Shown: one piece after another, positions 1-10,122 of the stretch
Position numbering within the stretch: position 1 is the stretch's first letter
How the letters are laid out: each line of letters starts with the position of its first letter
Origin: an uncultured Verrucomicrobiae bacterium
GTDB taxonomy: Bacteria > Verrucomicrobiota > Verrucomicrobiia > Chthoniobacterales > UBA10450
DNA length: 64,000 bases
Reading direction: 5' to 3'
Assembly (NCBI GenBank): GCA_963815455.1
Contig: CAWFGO010000001.1
Span: forward strand, 160,001-224,000
Notes under the pieces: generated by a model
What the model saw: only the letters and a program-made list of their open reading frames with translations
The model's database searches: none
Told to the model about the DNA's origin: nothing
Made by a program: the position numbers and the translations under genes

Positions 1-811
1 TGGCGCCCGCTTCACCGTGGGCCTTGTTGGTTCCGGCCACTTCGGGAATCCCTTTGCCGATCAAGGTATGAGCGACAATAAACTGCGGGCGCCCATTATC
101 GCGGCGTTTTGCGACCTCGAAGGCATCGAGAAACGCCTGCATATCGTTTCCATCGATTTCCTGAACATCGAAGCCATAGGCCTTAAAACGCGCCGCGGTG
201 TCCTCGCTTTGCGTCATCTTGGCCATGGCGTCGAGCGTGACGGCGTTGGAATCGTAAATGAGGATCAAATTATCGAGTCCGAAATGACCAGCGAAAGCGC
301 TCGCTTCGGCGGCCACGCCTTCCTGCAGGCAACCGTCACCGGCGAGACAAACCACGTGTTGATCGAAAATTTTGTGCTCGTCGGTGTTAAAACGCGCGGC
401 GGCCATTTTCATCGCCACGGCGATGCCCACGGCATTGCCCACACCCTGCCCAAGCGGGCCGGTGGTGCATTCGACACCCGGGGTTTCACCAAACTCAGGA
501 TGTCCCGGCGTTTTCGAATGCAATTGCCGGAAACGCTTGATCTCCGACATCGGCAAATCGTAGCCGCTCAAGTGCAGCCAGGCGTAGAGAAACATGCTGC
601 CATGCCCGGCCGAGAGAACGAAGTAATCGCGCCCGATCCAGCGCGGCTTGTCCGGGTTGTGTCTTAGGGCGTAACCGTAAAGGACGGCGCCCATTTCGGC
701 ACAACCAAGGGGAAGCCCGAGGTGCCCGGATTGCGAAGCCTGCACTGCATCCATGCACAACCCGCGCGCCTGAGTCGCCGCCTTCGAAAGAATTTCGATG
801 TTCAAACTCAT
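1..811 (-). CDS. tkt: Transketolase, N-terminal part (runs off the window)
   Basis: Manual minus-strand translation from ATG at 811: [36 protein letters not shown]...[16 protein letters not shown]...[25 protein letters not shown]. These are diagnostic transketolase motifs. The ORF is absent from the track because its stop lies outside the window. Confidence 0.95.
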   Translation of the reverse strand, partial: MSLNIEILSKAATQARGLCMDAVQASQSGHLGLPLGCAEMGAVLYGYALRHNPDKPRWIGRDYFVLSAGHGSMFLYAWLHLSGYDLPMSEIKRFRQLHSKTPGHPEFGETPGVECTTGPLGQGVGNAVGIAVAMKMAAARFNTDEHKIFDQHVVCLAGDGCLQEGVAAEASAFAGHFGLDNLILIYDSNAVTLDAMAKMTQSEDTAARFKAYGFDVQEIDGNDMQAFLDAFEVAKRRDNGRPQFIVAHTLIGKGIPEVAGTNKAHGEAGA

Positions 812-921
812 GGATGATTCATACTCGGTTTCTCGTCGAATTGGAAACGTTGAAATGCGGCAAGCGTGCTTTTTGGCAAAATCGACGGTATGAATGACAT
901 TCGTGATTGGTCATTCCCGCC

Positions 922-2046
922 ATGAATCAACCGATGTTACTTCACATTGTTGAGCGCCTCGAAGGTTTCCTGGGGAAACTCCCCGAGACAATTCGCAAAC
1001 CGATCCTGAGCGAGTTGACTCCGCTCAAAGAACTGTTCCTGCAACAGCGTCCGCCGCGATTCCTCTTCCTCGGATCGAGCACCACGCCGATGCCGCAGCT
1101 TATCGACGGAATCTTTTCAATGAACGAAAAGGAGCAAGTAAGCGTCGCAGTAACACTGGTGCATCGCTGGACCGACTGGAACATTCCCGGTCGCGGCATG
1201 ATGTCGATCCTTGACGCCCGCAACGCAGGGCGAGCCGCCGAAGATCAGATCCGAGACGAGCTGAATCGCCAGCCTCCAGATATCATTTTCTTTCTTGGAA
1301 GCGAGAATTTGGAAGAATTGTCGATCACGAACGAGGCAAAGATTGTCGGGATATCAATCGGACAATCAGATCGCGCGAGCGAGATCAAAAAGGCCCTTAG
1401 CGCGCAACCAGCGGTCCGCGAGCGTTTGCTCACAGTCATTCAACTGACCGGAGAAAGATCGGGCGAGGCAAACCAGCTGATGTCGATCCTGGCTCGCGAG
1501 TTGCCCAACCAAGCCAAGATCGAGATGATCCGGATTTCGCGCGACCGCGAAGCGCAGGAGCACGTCGCGCAGGTACTGGTAAAATCGACAACCGCGATTT
1601 GCACCGCGATCGGCGCGCAGCCCATTCCATTGGCCGACCTGCCAATTCTCACCACGCTTCAACTGGTCATGGTCTCCGGCATCATGTACGTCAGCGGCCG
1701 CGAACGAAGCCTGCGGGCCGCCACGGAATTTGTCGGGGCGCTCGGGGCAAACGTCGGCGCGGGGATGCTGCTGCGGGAGGGAGCCCGCGCCGTCCTGAAG
1801 TTCTTTCCCGGCTGGGGTAACGTGGTCTGCGGCATGGTGGCGGGTGCCGGAACGTATGCCATTGGCCGCGCCGCGATCGCTTATTTCCTCGAAGGCGTTT
1901 CGTTAAAAGATGCCCGGCGGACCTATCTGGCGAGCCGGAAAAAGCGGGCCCGGCCGCGCCCTGGATGGGCCGAAAACGGCCAAAACGACTCGAACCAGGA
2001 AATAATAATCACATCGCCGGTTGATCGATCTCACCGGATTGAATAA
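922..2046 (+). CDS. DUF697/YcjF-like protein with a degenerate GTPase-like N-terminus
   Basis: C-terminal AIGAQPIPLADLPILTTLQLVMV...LKFFPGWG...VAGAGTYAIG helical region typical of DUF697. The P-loop looks degenerate (FLGSSTT). Confidence 0.7.
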   Translation: MNQPMLLHIVERLEGFLGKLPETIRKPILSELTPLKELFLQQRPPRFLFLGSSTTPMPQLIDGIFSMNEKEQVSVAVTLVHRWTDWNIPGRGMMSILDARNAGRAAEDQIRDELNRQPPDIIFFLGSENLEELSITNEAKIVGISIGQSDRASEIKKALSAQPAVRERLLTVIQLTGERSGEANQLMSILARELPNQAKIEMIRISRDREAQEHVAQVLVKSTTAICTAIGAQPIPLADLPILTTLQLVMVSGIMYVSGRERSLRAATEFVGALGANVGAGMLLREGARAVLKFFPGWGNVVCGMVAGAGTYAIGRAAIAYFLEGVSLKDARRTYLASRKKRARPRPGWAENGQNDSNQEIIITSPVDRSHRIE

Positions 2047-2146
2047 CTTGTGAATAAGGTGGTCGCTCCAGCGCGTTTTGTTCACACCATTTTGTGAACA
2101 AACGTGGCCGGTTGGCGGCCGCTAAAGGATGACTGTCCATCTTAGT

Positions 2147-3496
2147 ATGACGCTCACGCAAATTAGTAAGACACTCCGGGCAATTCAGGTGTCGCCGGTT
2201 AAATCGCTCGGCCAAAATTTCCTGCACGACCAAAATCTTGCGCGGTGGATTGTCGATCAGGCGGACATTACGCCAGACGATTTCGTTTTGGAAATCGGAC
2301 CCGGCCTGGGGGCGCTGACGGAATTGGTTCTGGAAAAAGGCGCGCAGGTTCTGGCCATCGAGAAGGACACGCGCCTGGCTAATTTCTTGCAGGAACGCCT
2401 CGGCAGTCCGCGCCTGGAAGTGCTCAACACGGATGCGCTCGATTTCGACGTGCTCACGCTATTGGCCAAGCCGCGAGTGAAACTGCTGGGCAATCTTCCT
2501 TACAAGATTTCGAGTCAACTTCTGTTGAAGTTTTTGGAATATCCGAGTCCTATTTATCTGTGGTTGTTTATGTTACAAAAGGAGATGGCGCAGCGTTTTT
2601 CTGCTTCGCCCTCGACCAAAGATTACGGCGCGCTCACCCTGCTGGTCCAATTGCACTACCGTGTCGAACTTCTGCGCGCAGTTCCAGCGACAGTTTTCCT
2701 ACCCGAGCCCGCGGTGGATTCCGCGGTGGTGCGAATCGTCAAGCGCGATCCCGGTGAGCTGCCTGCGCGCGACAACGACTTGTTTGGAAAACTGGTTCGC
2801 TCTGGTTTTTCTCATAGACGAAAGCAGTTACAGAAATTGCTGCGCCCACATGTTCCGCGGTGGCACGAAGCCGCTGAAAGTCTGGGTTTCAATCCGAAAG
2901 CTCGAGCCGAAGAGTTGTCCCTGCTCCAGTGGATTGGCCTGACCAATCTGGCGGCCCCGCCGACGGTGCCTGAGAGGCGTATGCTGCAGCAGGAGCGCTT
3001 CCCGGTGGTTGATGAATCGGACCGAATTCTGCGGTATGCCTACCGGTCGGAAGTGCATGGGAATAACTTGTGCCACCGGGCCGTGCACGTCCTGATTTTC
3101 GACCCGTCCGGCAGGGTTTACCTCCAAAAACGGTCCCGAGAAAAGGATCGATACCCGTTCCGGTGGGATTCGAGCACCGGCGGACACGTTACCGCGGGCG
3201 AAGGCTACGACGAGGCGGCGAAACGCGAGCTTCGGGAGGAGATTGGCATCGCCGTTCCGCTGGAAAAAATAGCCAAGCTCGCGGCCTCCCCGGAGACCGA
3301 CAACGAGTTCATTTGGCTGTACCGCGGTGAACTCCTCGACGAGCTTCATCCCAATCCAACAGAGATCGAGGCCGGCGGCTTTTTCCGGCCGGCAATCGTC
3401 GATGGCTGGATCGCGGCCCGAACGGACGACTTCACCCCTGCATTCCTGGAATGCTGGAAGGCGTACCGCGAGAGAAGCGCGATTAAGGCGGCGTAG
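2147..3496 (+). CDS. rsmA: 16S rRNA m6,2A dimethyltransferase RsmA/KsgA fused to a C-terminal Nudix hydrolase (IPP-isomerase-like)
   Basis: KSLGQNFL, VLEIGPGLG, NLPY and RRKQL motifs, followed by HRAVHVLIF and the Nudix box GGHVTAGEGYDEAAKRELREEIGI. Confidence 0.92.
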   Translation: MTLTQISKTLRAIQVSPVKSLGQNFLHDQNLARWIVDQADITPDDFVLEIGPGLGALTELVLEKGAQVLAIEKDTRLANFLQERLGSPRLEVLNTDALDFDVLTLLAKPRVKLLGNLPYKISSQLLLKFLEYPSPIYLWLFMLQKEMAQRFSASPSTKDYGALTLLVQLHYRVELLRAVPATVFLPEPAVDSAVVRIVKRDPGELPARDNDLFGKLVRSGFSHRRKQLQKLLRPHVPRWHEAAESLGFNPKARAEELSLLQWIGLTNLAAPPTVPERRMLQQERFPVVDESDRILRYAYRSEVHGNNLCHRAVHVLIFDPSGRVYLQKRSREKDRYPFRWDSSTGGHVTAGEGYDEAAKRELREEIGIAVPLEKIAKLAASPETDNEFIWLYRGELLDELHPNPTEIEAGGFFRPAIVDGWIAARTDDFTPAFLECWKAYRERSAIKAA

Positions 3497-3499
3497 CGG

Positions 3500-3739
3500 T
3501 TAACGAAAACCGCCGGAGCGTTTTTTCGGCAGCCTGCGCAAGACGCTCTTCTTAAACTTTCGCGCAGCGCGCCGGGCACCCTCTCTGCCGCCGTGCATGC
3601 TGTCGCTGAACATCTTGGTCACGACCTGCTTACCACGCAGGAAATGGACTTGAAAGCCGTGTGTTTGTTTCTTCGCCCGAGCTTTGGTGTCGATGCGACG
3701 AATATTTTCTTCTGAATCTGGATTAGGACGTTTTCGCAT
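3500..3739 (-). CDS. Small basic protein, AP2-like DNA-binding domain
   Basis: 79 aa, K/R-rich. IRRID...HGFQVHFLRG...KMFSDSMHGGREGARRAA resembles bacterial AP2-domain proteins. Confidence 0.55.
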   Translation of the reverse strand: MRKRPNPDSEENIRRIDTKARAKKQTHGFQVHFLRGKQVVTKMFSDSMHGGREGARRAARKFKKSVLRRLPKKRSGGFR

Positions 3740-3777
3740 GGAGAATAACTAGAAAGCTTCGCGAAGGATGCAAGCAA

Positions 3778-4542
3778 TCAATTTAAGTTACGGTCAGATA
3801 AAGACTTGACGGGCGGGGGCAGGTTCCAGGCCCGCCACTTGTTTTGATACTCAGCGGCAGGCAAGAGGGCGTAACAGGGACGCCTCGGCGCACGCAGCAA
3901 AGTGATCAATTTTACGAGATTTTCCTCAGCCATGGTGGTGCAACCCGTCGTCGGCCGATTCACCCCGCGCCGGATATGGAAGAAGATCGCGCTCCCTTCG
4001 CCGGGGACGGGCGGATCCGAATTATGCCGGATTTCGACCAGCCAGCGGTAGGCAAAATCGTTGTGCCTCATTTTCTGCTTTTCGAACCAGGGCGGCGGAT
4101 GCGCGGGATCGTCGATGGTGACAAAGCGGTTGTAATCGGGATTTTTTACGTCGTCGATCCAGGCATCGGCCGTTGTGACCTGATGAAAGGGAAAATCGGC
4201 GCCTTCGGGCAATTGCGCGTCGTAAGTGTAAATGGTCCCAATTCGGAAAACTCCCGCAGGCGCGCGGCCATCTCGCTCTTTCTTGTGAACGCCAGGCTCA
4301 TTCTGGCCGGCCAGACCGGCGCCCCAGGCGAGTCCTTTTCTGCCAAAAAGCGCCGGGAACGGTCCGGCCACGGGCTTCCAATTGCCGCCGCGCGGACGTT
4401 CGAACAATTGCACTTCGCCGCGCATCGAGTCCCAGGTGGGCGCGAGGCCGAGGATAAGTTGCGTGCAATCATCGGGCACCCCATCGGCACAGGCATTGCT
4501 CCCGAGCAGGGCCAGGCACCAGATCGTGGCAAGGCATTTCAT
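3778..4542 (-). CDS. Secreted L,D-transpeptidase (YkuD-like)
   Basis: Signal peptide, KKERDGRAPAGVF, and the HxxxC catalytic motif GSAIFFHI...PTTGCT. Confidence 0.85.
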   Translation of the reverse strand: MKCLATIWCLALLGSNACADGVPDDCTQLILGLAPTWDSMRGEVQLFERPRGGNWKPVAGPFPALFGRKGLAWGAGLAGQNEPGVHKKERDGRAPAGVFRIGTIYTYDAQLPEGADFPFHQVTTADAWIDDVKNPDYNRFVTIDDPAHPPPWFEKQKMRHNDFAYRWLVEIRHNSDPPVPGEGSAIFFHIRRGVNRPTTGCTTMAEENLVKLITLLRAPRRPCYALLPAAEYQNKWRAWNLPPPVKSLSDRNLN

Positions 4543-4575
4543 AAGTAAAATTCAAGCCATCTCATAAGCGAATCC

Positions 4576-4656
4576 GTCATTCCGAGAGAAATCGCAAAAG
4601 CCGTTGCAATCCTCCACGGCAATTTCGCGGGATCCTTCGACTTCGCTCAAGATGAC
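4576..4656. repeat. GTCAT...ATGAC palindromic element (CGTC-type REP-like), degenerate copy
   Basis: Starts GTCATTCCGAG and ends GGATCCTTCGACTTCGCTCAAGATGAC. Confidence 0.75.
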
Positions 4657-4693
4657 AATACCGTCTATTGATTCTGTCCACCTCATTTTCGCG

Positions 4694-6481
4694 ATGAAAA
4701 AATCTACCGCCATCTTGCTGCTCTTTGCGGTGGTGGCGTTCTGCTACGCGCCGGCCATGCGAAATGGTTTCGTCTGGGACGATACCGCGCTGGTCTTACG
4801 CGATCCGTTGATTCGAAGCTGGCGCCTCATACCGGAGGGATTCAACCATTTCCTGTTTACCGACGCCACTGCCTCGGATTTTTACCGCCCGATCCAACGC
4901 CTTGTCTACACGCTCGAATATGCCGCGTTCACTTTCTGGCCGGCACCGTATCATTTGACCAGCATCCTCTGCCACGCCGGAGCTGCATGTGCGCTCTTTG
5001 TCCTTGCTCAAGAACTTCTTCTGGTTTTCGGAATGGATCAGAAAAAACGCGAGCCTATCGCCTTCGTCGCCGCGCTGGTATGGGCGATTCACCCGGTTCA
5101 AAGCGCCGCTGTTATTTACATCTCTGGCCGGGCCGATCCATTGGCGGCCGCGTTCGGATTTCTTGGATTGTATCTGGTCGCCCGAAGTCTGCGAGCAAGC
5201 CGGAGTAAAAGTTGGACGTTGCTCGGCGGCGCAACGGCTGCGTTTCTTCTAAGCGCGCTCAGCAAGGAGACTGGTTTGATTTTTCCGCTGCTCGGCATCG
5301 CGTTCCTCGCCCTTAGGAAAAATTGGATCGACATGTTCAAGGCGGTTGGCGTCGCCGTTTTTGTCGGTGTTGTTTATTTGAGTTTACGCGCGCAACCCGA
5401 GCACGTCCCAATACCCGTCTTGAGCCCGCCACCGCCGCCGTTGGTTCGTCCGATCATCGTGGCCCGCGCGGTCGCGGAATACGCCGGGCTCATTTTGTTT
5501 CCGCTCAATTTACACATGGATCGTGACGTCGAAACGCATCCAAGCGGTTTCAGCGAAGCCAGCTTGAGCGGAGCGGCTTGGCGCGAATTGCAAACGCTCC
5601 TTGGAATCCTGGTCGCAGCGGCGTTCATTTATTGGATGATTCGCGCCCGCCGGCGCAACCCCACCGTATTCGCCTGCTTGATGCTTGCCGCGATCAGCTA
5701 CCTGCCGGTAAGCGGGATTGTAACCCTCAACGCTTCGGTCGCCGAGCATTGGATTTATCTTCCAACGGCGTTTCTGTTTCTGGCAGCAGCGATTCAGTTC
5801 GCCGACTTTTTCAAAACCAAAGAAAGAGCAGTCCGCCTTGCCTCAACGACGATTTTCGCGCTCTGGCTCGTTTTCCTCGGCGCCCGCACATTTCTTCGGA
5901 CGTTCGACTGGAAAGACCAGCGCACCTTTCTGGAGCGGACCATCGCGCATGGCGGAGATTCCGCGCGGATGCTGATCAATCTTGGCAGCCTGGAAATAAA
6001 CGAAGGCAAGCTCGATGACGCGGCTGTACATTTGCACGCTGCCCTGCAAAAAAAACCGGATCAACCATTAGCGGTGATCAACCTGGCCGCGATCGCCTTA
6101 AAGCAAAACGATTTCAAACTGGCGCGACAACTTCTTAACCGCGCAACCGAAATGCCGCCCGTGGCCGCATCGGCCCAGGAATCTCTCGCCGTCCTCGAGC
6201 ACAAGGAAAACGGAAAGGTCGATTTCTTGCGTCTCCATCTGGCGGCGCGAACGGGTCCGGCAAACTGGTCGATCGAGAAACGTTACATTAAGACGCTGGA
6301 CGAAACCGGCGCAACCGGGAAGGCGATTGATGAGTTAGAGCACTGTTTGCGAACCGAATGGTATCGCGCGGAAAGCTGGCAATTACTCAGCCAGTTACTC
6401 AGCAAGACCGGTCACGCCAAAGAAGCCGGCTGGGCTCTGGCGCACGCTAGAAATTACGATGTTCACTTGACCGAGCATTGA
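4694..6481 (+). CDS. TMTC-like GT-C membrane glycosyltransferase with C-terminal TPRs
   Basis: FVWDD, FYRPI, AIHPVQSAAVIYISGRAD, SKETG and AEHWIYLP motifs, multiple TM segments, TPR-like tail. Confidence 0.8.
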   Translation: MKKSTAILLLFAVVAFCYAPAMRNGFVWDDTALVLRDPLIRSWRLIPEGFNHFLFTDATASDFYRPIQRLVYTLEYAAFTFWPAPYHLTSILCHAGAACALFVLAQELLLVFGMDQKKREPIAFVAALVWAIHPVQSAAVIYISGRADPLAAAFGFLGLYLVARSLRASRSKSWTLLGGATAAFLLSALSKETGLIFPLLGIAFLALRKNWIDMFKAVGVAVFVGVVYLSLRAQPEHVPIPVLSPPPPPLVRPIIVARAVAEYAGLILFPLNLHMDRDVETHPSGFSEASLSGAAWRELQTLLGILVAAAFIYWMIRARRRNPTVFACLMLAAISYLPVSGIVTLNASVAEHWIYLPTAFLFLAAAIQFADFFKTKERAVRLASTTIFALWLVFLGARTFLRTFDWKDQRTFLERTIAHGGDSARMLINLGSLEINEGKLDDAAVHLHAALQKKPDQPLAVINLAAIALKQNDFKLARQLLNRATEMPPVAASAQESLAVLEHKENGKVDFLRLHLAARTGPANWSIEKRYIKTLDETGATGKAIDELEHCLRTEWYRAESWQLLSQLLSKTGHAKEAGWALAHARNYDVHLTEH

Positions 6482-6493
6482 GCCGGCAGGCAG

Positions 6494-7764
6494 TTAGATC
6501 GACAACCCCTCTTTGGCGGTGGCCGCTTCCACTGCGGCTGTGTCGGCGGCGAGATACTTCATTCCCACCAGCCACAGCAAACCCGCAACCAGCATCATTC
6601 CCGACACCACCAGAAAGGCGACCGTCATGTTCGTGTGCCCGCCAATGAAGCCAATGGCGGGGAACGCTGAAACATCGCCCAGTGCGTGAATTACGAGAAT
6701 GTTCAAAGCGAACGCAGTCGCGCGGACCGCGGGCAGCGACACATTGGCGATGGCAGTGTTTGATGGACCGATATTCAAGAAAGCGAAGAAGACGGAAACA
6801 AAAAGAAATATCCACGCTGCCGGAAACGGCACGTAGAGCATGGTGACAAAAAACGGAAACGCCAGGAGCATTCCGACCCCGGAAACCAGGAAGTAAGCTC
6901 CGCCAAAACGCGCCCGCAATCGATCCGCCAGCCAACCGCCGAGCAGGGTTGAGATCAGACCCGCGCTGGCGGCGATGAAGCCGAAGATTACCTTCCCGGA
7001 AGCGGGCGACTGGCCTCGGTAACGCAAGTATTCAGCCATCCAGAAAGCGAGGCCACCTACGGCAAAAGTCGTGGCCGTTTGAGCAAGCGTGTTGATGACA
7101 TAGGAGCGCGCCCGAAAGATCTCGCGGTAGTCGTGCCAGGTGGCGCGTTGTTTTTTGGCCGTTCAATCCCGCGACTCCGTGGATCTCGTTGCGTAAAGCA
7201 AAGCACGCCGAGCAAGAGACCGGGGGGCGTGACCATGTAAAACACCCATCTCCAACCCAAATGCGCGCTGATTGACCCCGCCAGAACGTAGCCGAGCGCA
7301 CTGCCGACCGGGATTGCCGCGCAAAACATTGCGATGATCCGACCGCGCGTGGCCAATGGAAAATGATCGGCCAGGATCGTGGGCGCTGCCGGCCCGTAAG
7401 CACCCTCGCCGATCCCGACAAGAATTCGCATGCCCACCAGGCACGAAAATGTGGCCGCCAAACCGGAGGCGCCGCTGGCCAGACTCCACAAAATCACGGC
7501 ACATCCTATTATCAGCCACCGCGAAAAACGATCGGCCAGCCAGCCAAGCGCGGGTGCCGCCAGCATGTAGGTAATAAGAAATGCGCTCCCCAAAGCGCCA
7601 GTCGTCGCCATGGCGTTGAGATCGGTCGGCAAGAAGAACGTGTCCCGAATCTCGGGCTCAAGAGCGGCCAGAACCTGCCGGTCGATGTAATTGAAAAGAT
7701 TGATCCCGAGCAAGAGCGCCAGGGCAGTCCACGCGCTGGATGTCGATCTTGGCGTGGATGTCAT
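6494..7764 (-). CDS. Spinster-family MFS transporter (frameshift near 7155, probably a sequencing indel)
   Basis: INLFNYIDRQ, LGWLADRFSR, RILVGIGEGAY and HALGD motifs. The two ORF halves join at a T6 run. Confidence 0.85.
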
Positions 7765-7814
7765 GGAATTGCTGATTGCAGATAGATGGCTGCACGCGAA
7801 TTGTAAACTCCAAA

Positions 7815-10082
7815 ATGCCTATCATGTCTGCCTCGGAGCGCGCGCTCCGCTTCATAGCTCTGGCCCTTGTTCGGCTTGTGTATCGCGTAACGGCGCATGG
7901 AATCGAAAACCTGCCGGCCGGCGGCTTTTTGCTCTTGCCTAACCATATCACGTGGGTGGACGCCGTTGTGCTGCAACTCGCGTGCCCGCGCCCGATTCGT
8001 TACATCGTCGACCAGCAGTATTATCATAAACCATTCCTGCGTCCGTTCTTAGGACTCGCGGGTTGCATTCCCATCGACACGCGCAATTCGCGCTCCGCGA
8101 TTCGCGCGGCAACGGAAAAGCTCGCCCAGGGCGAAATTGTTTGCCTGTTCCCCGAGGGCCAGCTGGAGCGGGCCGGGACCCTATTGCGTCTACGCCGCGG
8201 TTACGAATTGATCGCGCGGCACGCTGGGGCGGCGGTCGTGCCGGTTTGGCTGGATCAGCTTTGGGGCTCGATTTTCTCGTTCCAAGGCGGCCGGTTCTTC
8301 ACCAAGTTGCCCAAACGAATCCCCTATCGAGTCACGGTTGCCTTTGGAAAGCCGCTCGCGGCTGAGGTCGCGGACATCGCAACGGTGCGCGAAGAACTTC
8401 TTAAGCTCGGCGAATTTTGTTTTGGCGCGCGACCATCGTTGGATCGACATCTGGCCGAGGCCTGCGTCCGCGGCTTGAAAAAGCGACCTTTCGACACCGC
8501 CGTTGTCGATGGTCTCGATCACAGCGCGTTGAGCCGGTCGAAATTGCTCGGCGCTGCCGCGGCCTTGAGCCGCCATCTTCGAAAACAATTTCCCGATGAG
8601 AGAATCGCGATCGTCTTGCCGGCTGGAAAGGCATCGATGGTGGCCAACCTGGCTGTGACGCTGGCGGCGAAAATACCCGTCGATCTTAATTTCACGATGG
8701 GCCGCGCGGCCAATGAATCGTGTTGCAAGCGGGCCAGCTTGCGGGTCGCCATTTCGGCAACGCCATTCATCGAGCGCGTCAAAGATTTTCCGTGGCCGGA
8801 ACAGGTCGTGAAACTGGACGAGCTGCTACCTGGCTTAAAGCGCCAGATCGTTCTCTGGTGGGCGCTATCGATCCTCGTTCCCGCACGATTGCTGTTGCGG
8901 CTCCTGCAAATTCCGAAACGAGGCGGGCACGAGGAAGCAACGCTGCTTTTCACCAGCGGAACCACCGGCGAGCCAAAAGGAGTGGTCCTCAGCCACCGCA
9001 ACATTGTCGGAAACGTCTCGCAATTTTGTGAGCTCCTCGATCTAAAAAAAGGCGACGGCATTCTGGCGTCCCTTCCTTTTTTCCATAGCTTCGGATCGAC
9101 TGTCACGCTTTGGTACCCGCTGATCGAAGGCGTACCGATTGTCACTTACCCGAGTCCGCTCGAAGCAGCGAACAATGCGGCCTTGATCGAGCGCTACAAA
9201 TTGACTCTGCTGCTCGCAACGCCCACTTTCCTGCGGGGCTATTTGCGCAAAGCCGAACCCCACCAGCTCCGCAGCCTGAGGCTCGTCATTACCGGAGCGG
9301 AAAAGCTTCCTGTCGATCTTTCCAAAACTTTCGAGGAGCGCTTTCAGCAACGAGTCTTCGAAGGTTACGGTCTCACCGAAACCTCGCCGGTGGTGAGCGT
9401 CAATCTGCCCGAACCGGTGCCGACCCGGCCGGGAGAACAGGTGCAACCGTCGAGTCGATTGGGCTCGGTTGGAAGAATGGCGCCGGGGATCGCGGCCGAA
9501 ATTCGCGAGCCCGAAACCGGGCGCAAGCTCTCATTGCATGAGAGCGGGATGCTCTGGCTGCGCGGTCCGAATATTTTCGAAGGTTACCTGCACGACCCGG
9601 AACGGACCGCGGAAGTTTTGCACGACGGCTGGCTGAAAACCGGCGACATCGGTCGATTTGACGAAGACGGGTTCCTCTACATCGAAGGCCGGCTCTCGCG
9701 ATTCTCCAAGATCGGCGGCGAAATGGTGCCGCACGAAGCGATCGAACAAAAAGTTATCGATCTTCTCGGTTTGGCCGGACGAGATGAACGTCCATTCGCA
9801 ATCATGGGCCTGCCGGACGAAGCCAAGGGCGAAGCGCTCGTCCTGCTCAGCGCGGTCGATGTCGATCTTAACCAGTTGCGCGACAAACTTCGTGAAGCCG
9901 GCGTCCCGAACCTGTGGATTCCCAAGCAAGTTCAGCGCATCGAAGCGATCCCGGTTCTTGCCTCCGGCAAACTCGATCTCAAAAGATGCCAGGAATTAAT
10001 AGAACACGGTGGATCGAGCGCTCCGTGCCGCCAGTCCGGCTCGGACCTCGATGTTAAGAATGGCGGCGAAACCGCAAATTGA
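7815..10082 (+). CDS. aas: Aas-like lysophospholipid acyltransferase / acyl-ACP synthetase (no fused MFS domain)
   Basis: PlsC motifs NHITWVD and FPEG, then AMP-binding motifs FTSGTTGEPKG, EGYGLTE, TGDIG and RFSKIGGEMV. Confidence 0.88.
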   Translation: MPIMSASERALRFIALALVRLVYRVTAHGIENLPAGGFLLLPNHITWVDAVVLQLACPRPIRYIVDQQYYHKPFLRPFLGLAGCIPIDTRNSRSAIRAATEKLAQGEIVCLFPEGQLERAGTLLRLRRGYELIARHAGAAVVPVWLDQLWGSIFSFQGGRFFTKLPKRIPYRVTVAFGKPLAAEVADIATVREELLKLGEFCFGARPSLDRHLAEACVRGLKKRPFDTAVVDGLDHSALSRSKLLGAAAALSRHLRKQFPDERIAIVLPAGKASMVANLAVTLAAKIPVDLNFTMGRAANESCCKRASLRVAISATPFIERVKDFPWPEQVVKLDELLPGLKRQIVLWWALSILVPARLLLRLLQIPKRGGHEEATLLFTSGTTGEPKGVVLSHRNIVGNVSQFCELLDLKKGDGILASLPFFHSFGSTVTLWYPLIEGVPIVTYPSPLEAANNAALIERYKLTLLLATPTFLRGYLRKAEPHQLRSLRLVITGAEKLPVDLSKTFEERFQQRVFEGYGLTETSPVVSVNLPEPVPTRPGEQVQPSSRLGSVGRMAPGIAAEIREPETGRKLSLHESGMLWLRGPNIFEGYLHDPERTAEVLHDGWLKTGDIGRFDEDGFLYIEGRLSRFSKIGGEMVPHEAIEQKVIDLLGLAGRDERPFAIMGLPDEAKGEALVLLSAVDVDLNQLRDKLREAGVPNLWIPKQVQRIEAIPVLASGKLDLKRCQELIEHGGSSAPCRQSGSDLDVKNGGETAN

Positions 10083-10113
10083 TTACCATCGCCCGCGGAG
10101 CGGCCGATCCACC
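10008..10113. repeat. GGTGGATCG...CGATCCACC MITE-like element, copy 1
   Basis: Terminal inverted repeats. Homologous copies at 14387 and 51500. Confidence 0.8.
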
Positions 10114-10122
10114 ACTTCCCGA

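Noticed and set aside
17..667. 216-aa plus-strand ORF
   Set aside because: It is the antisense shadow of transketolase. The same applies to other long shadow ORFs such as 32881-34419, 43194-44198, 48610-49815 and 61340-62449.
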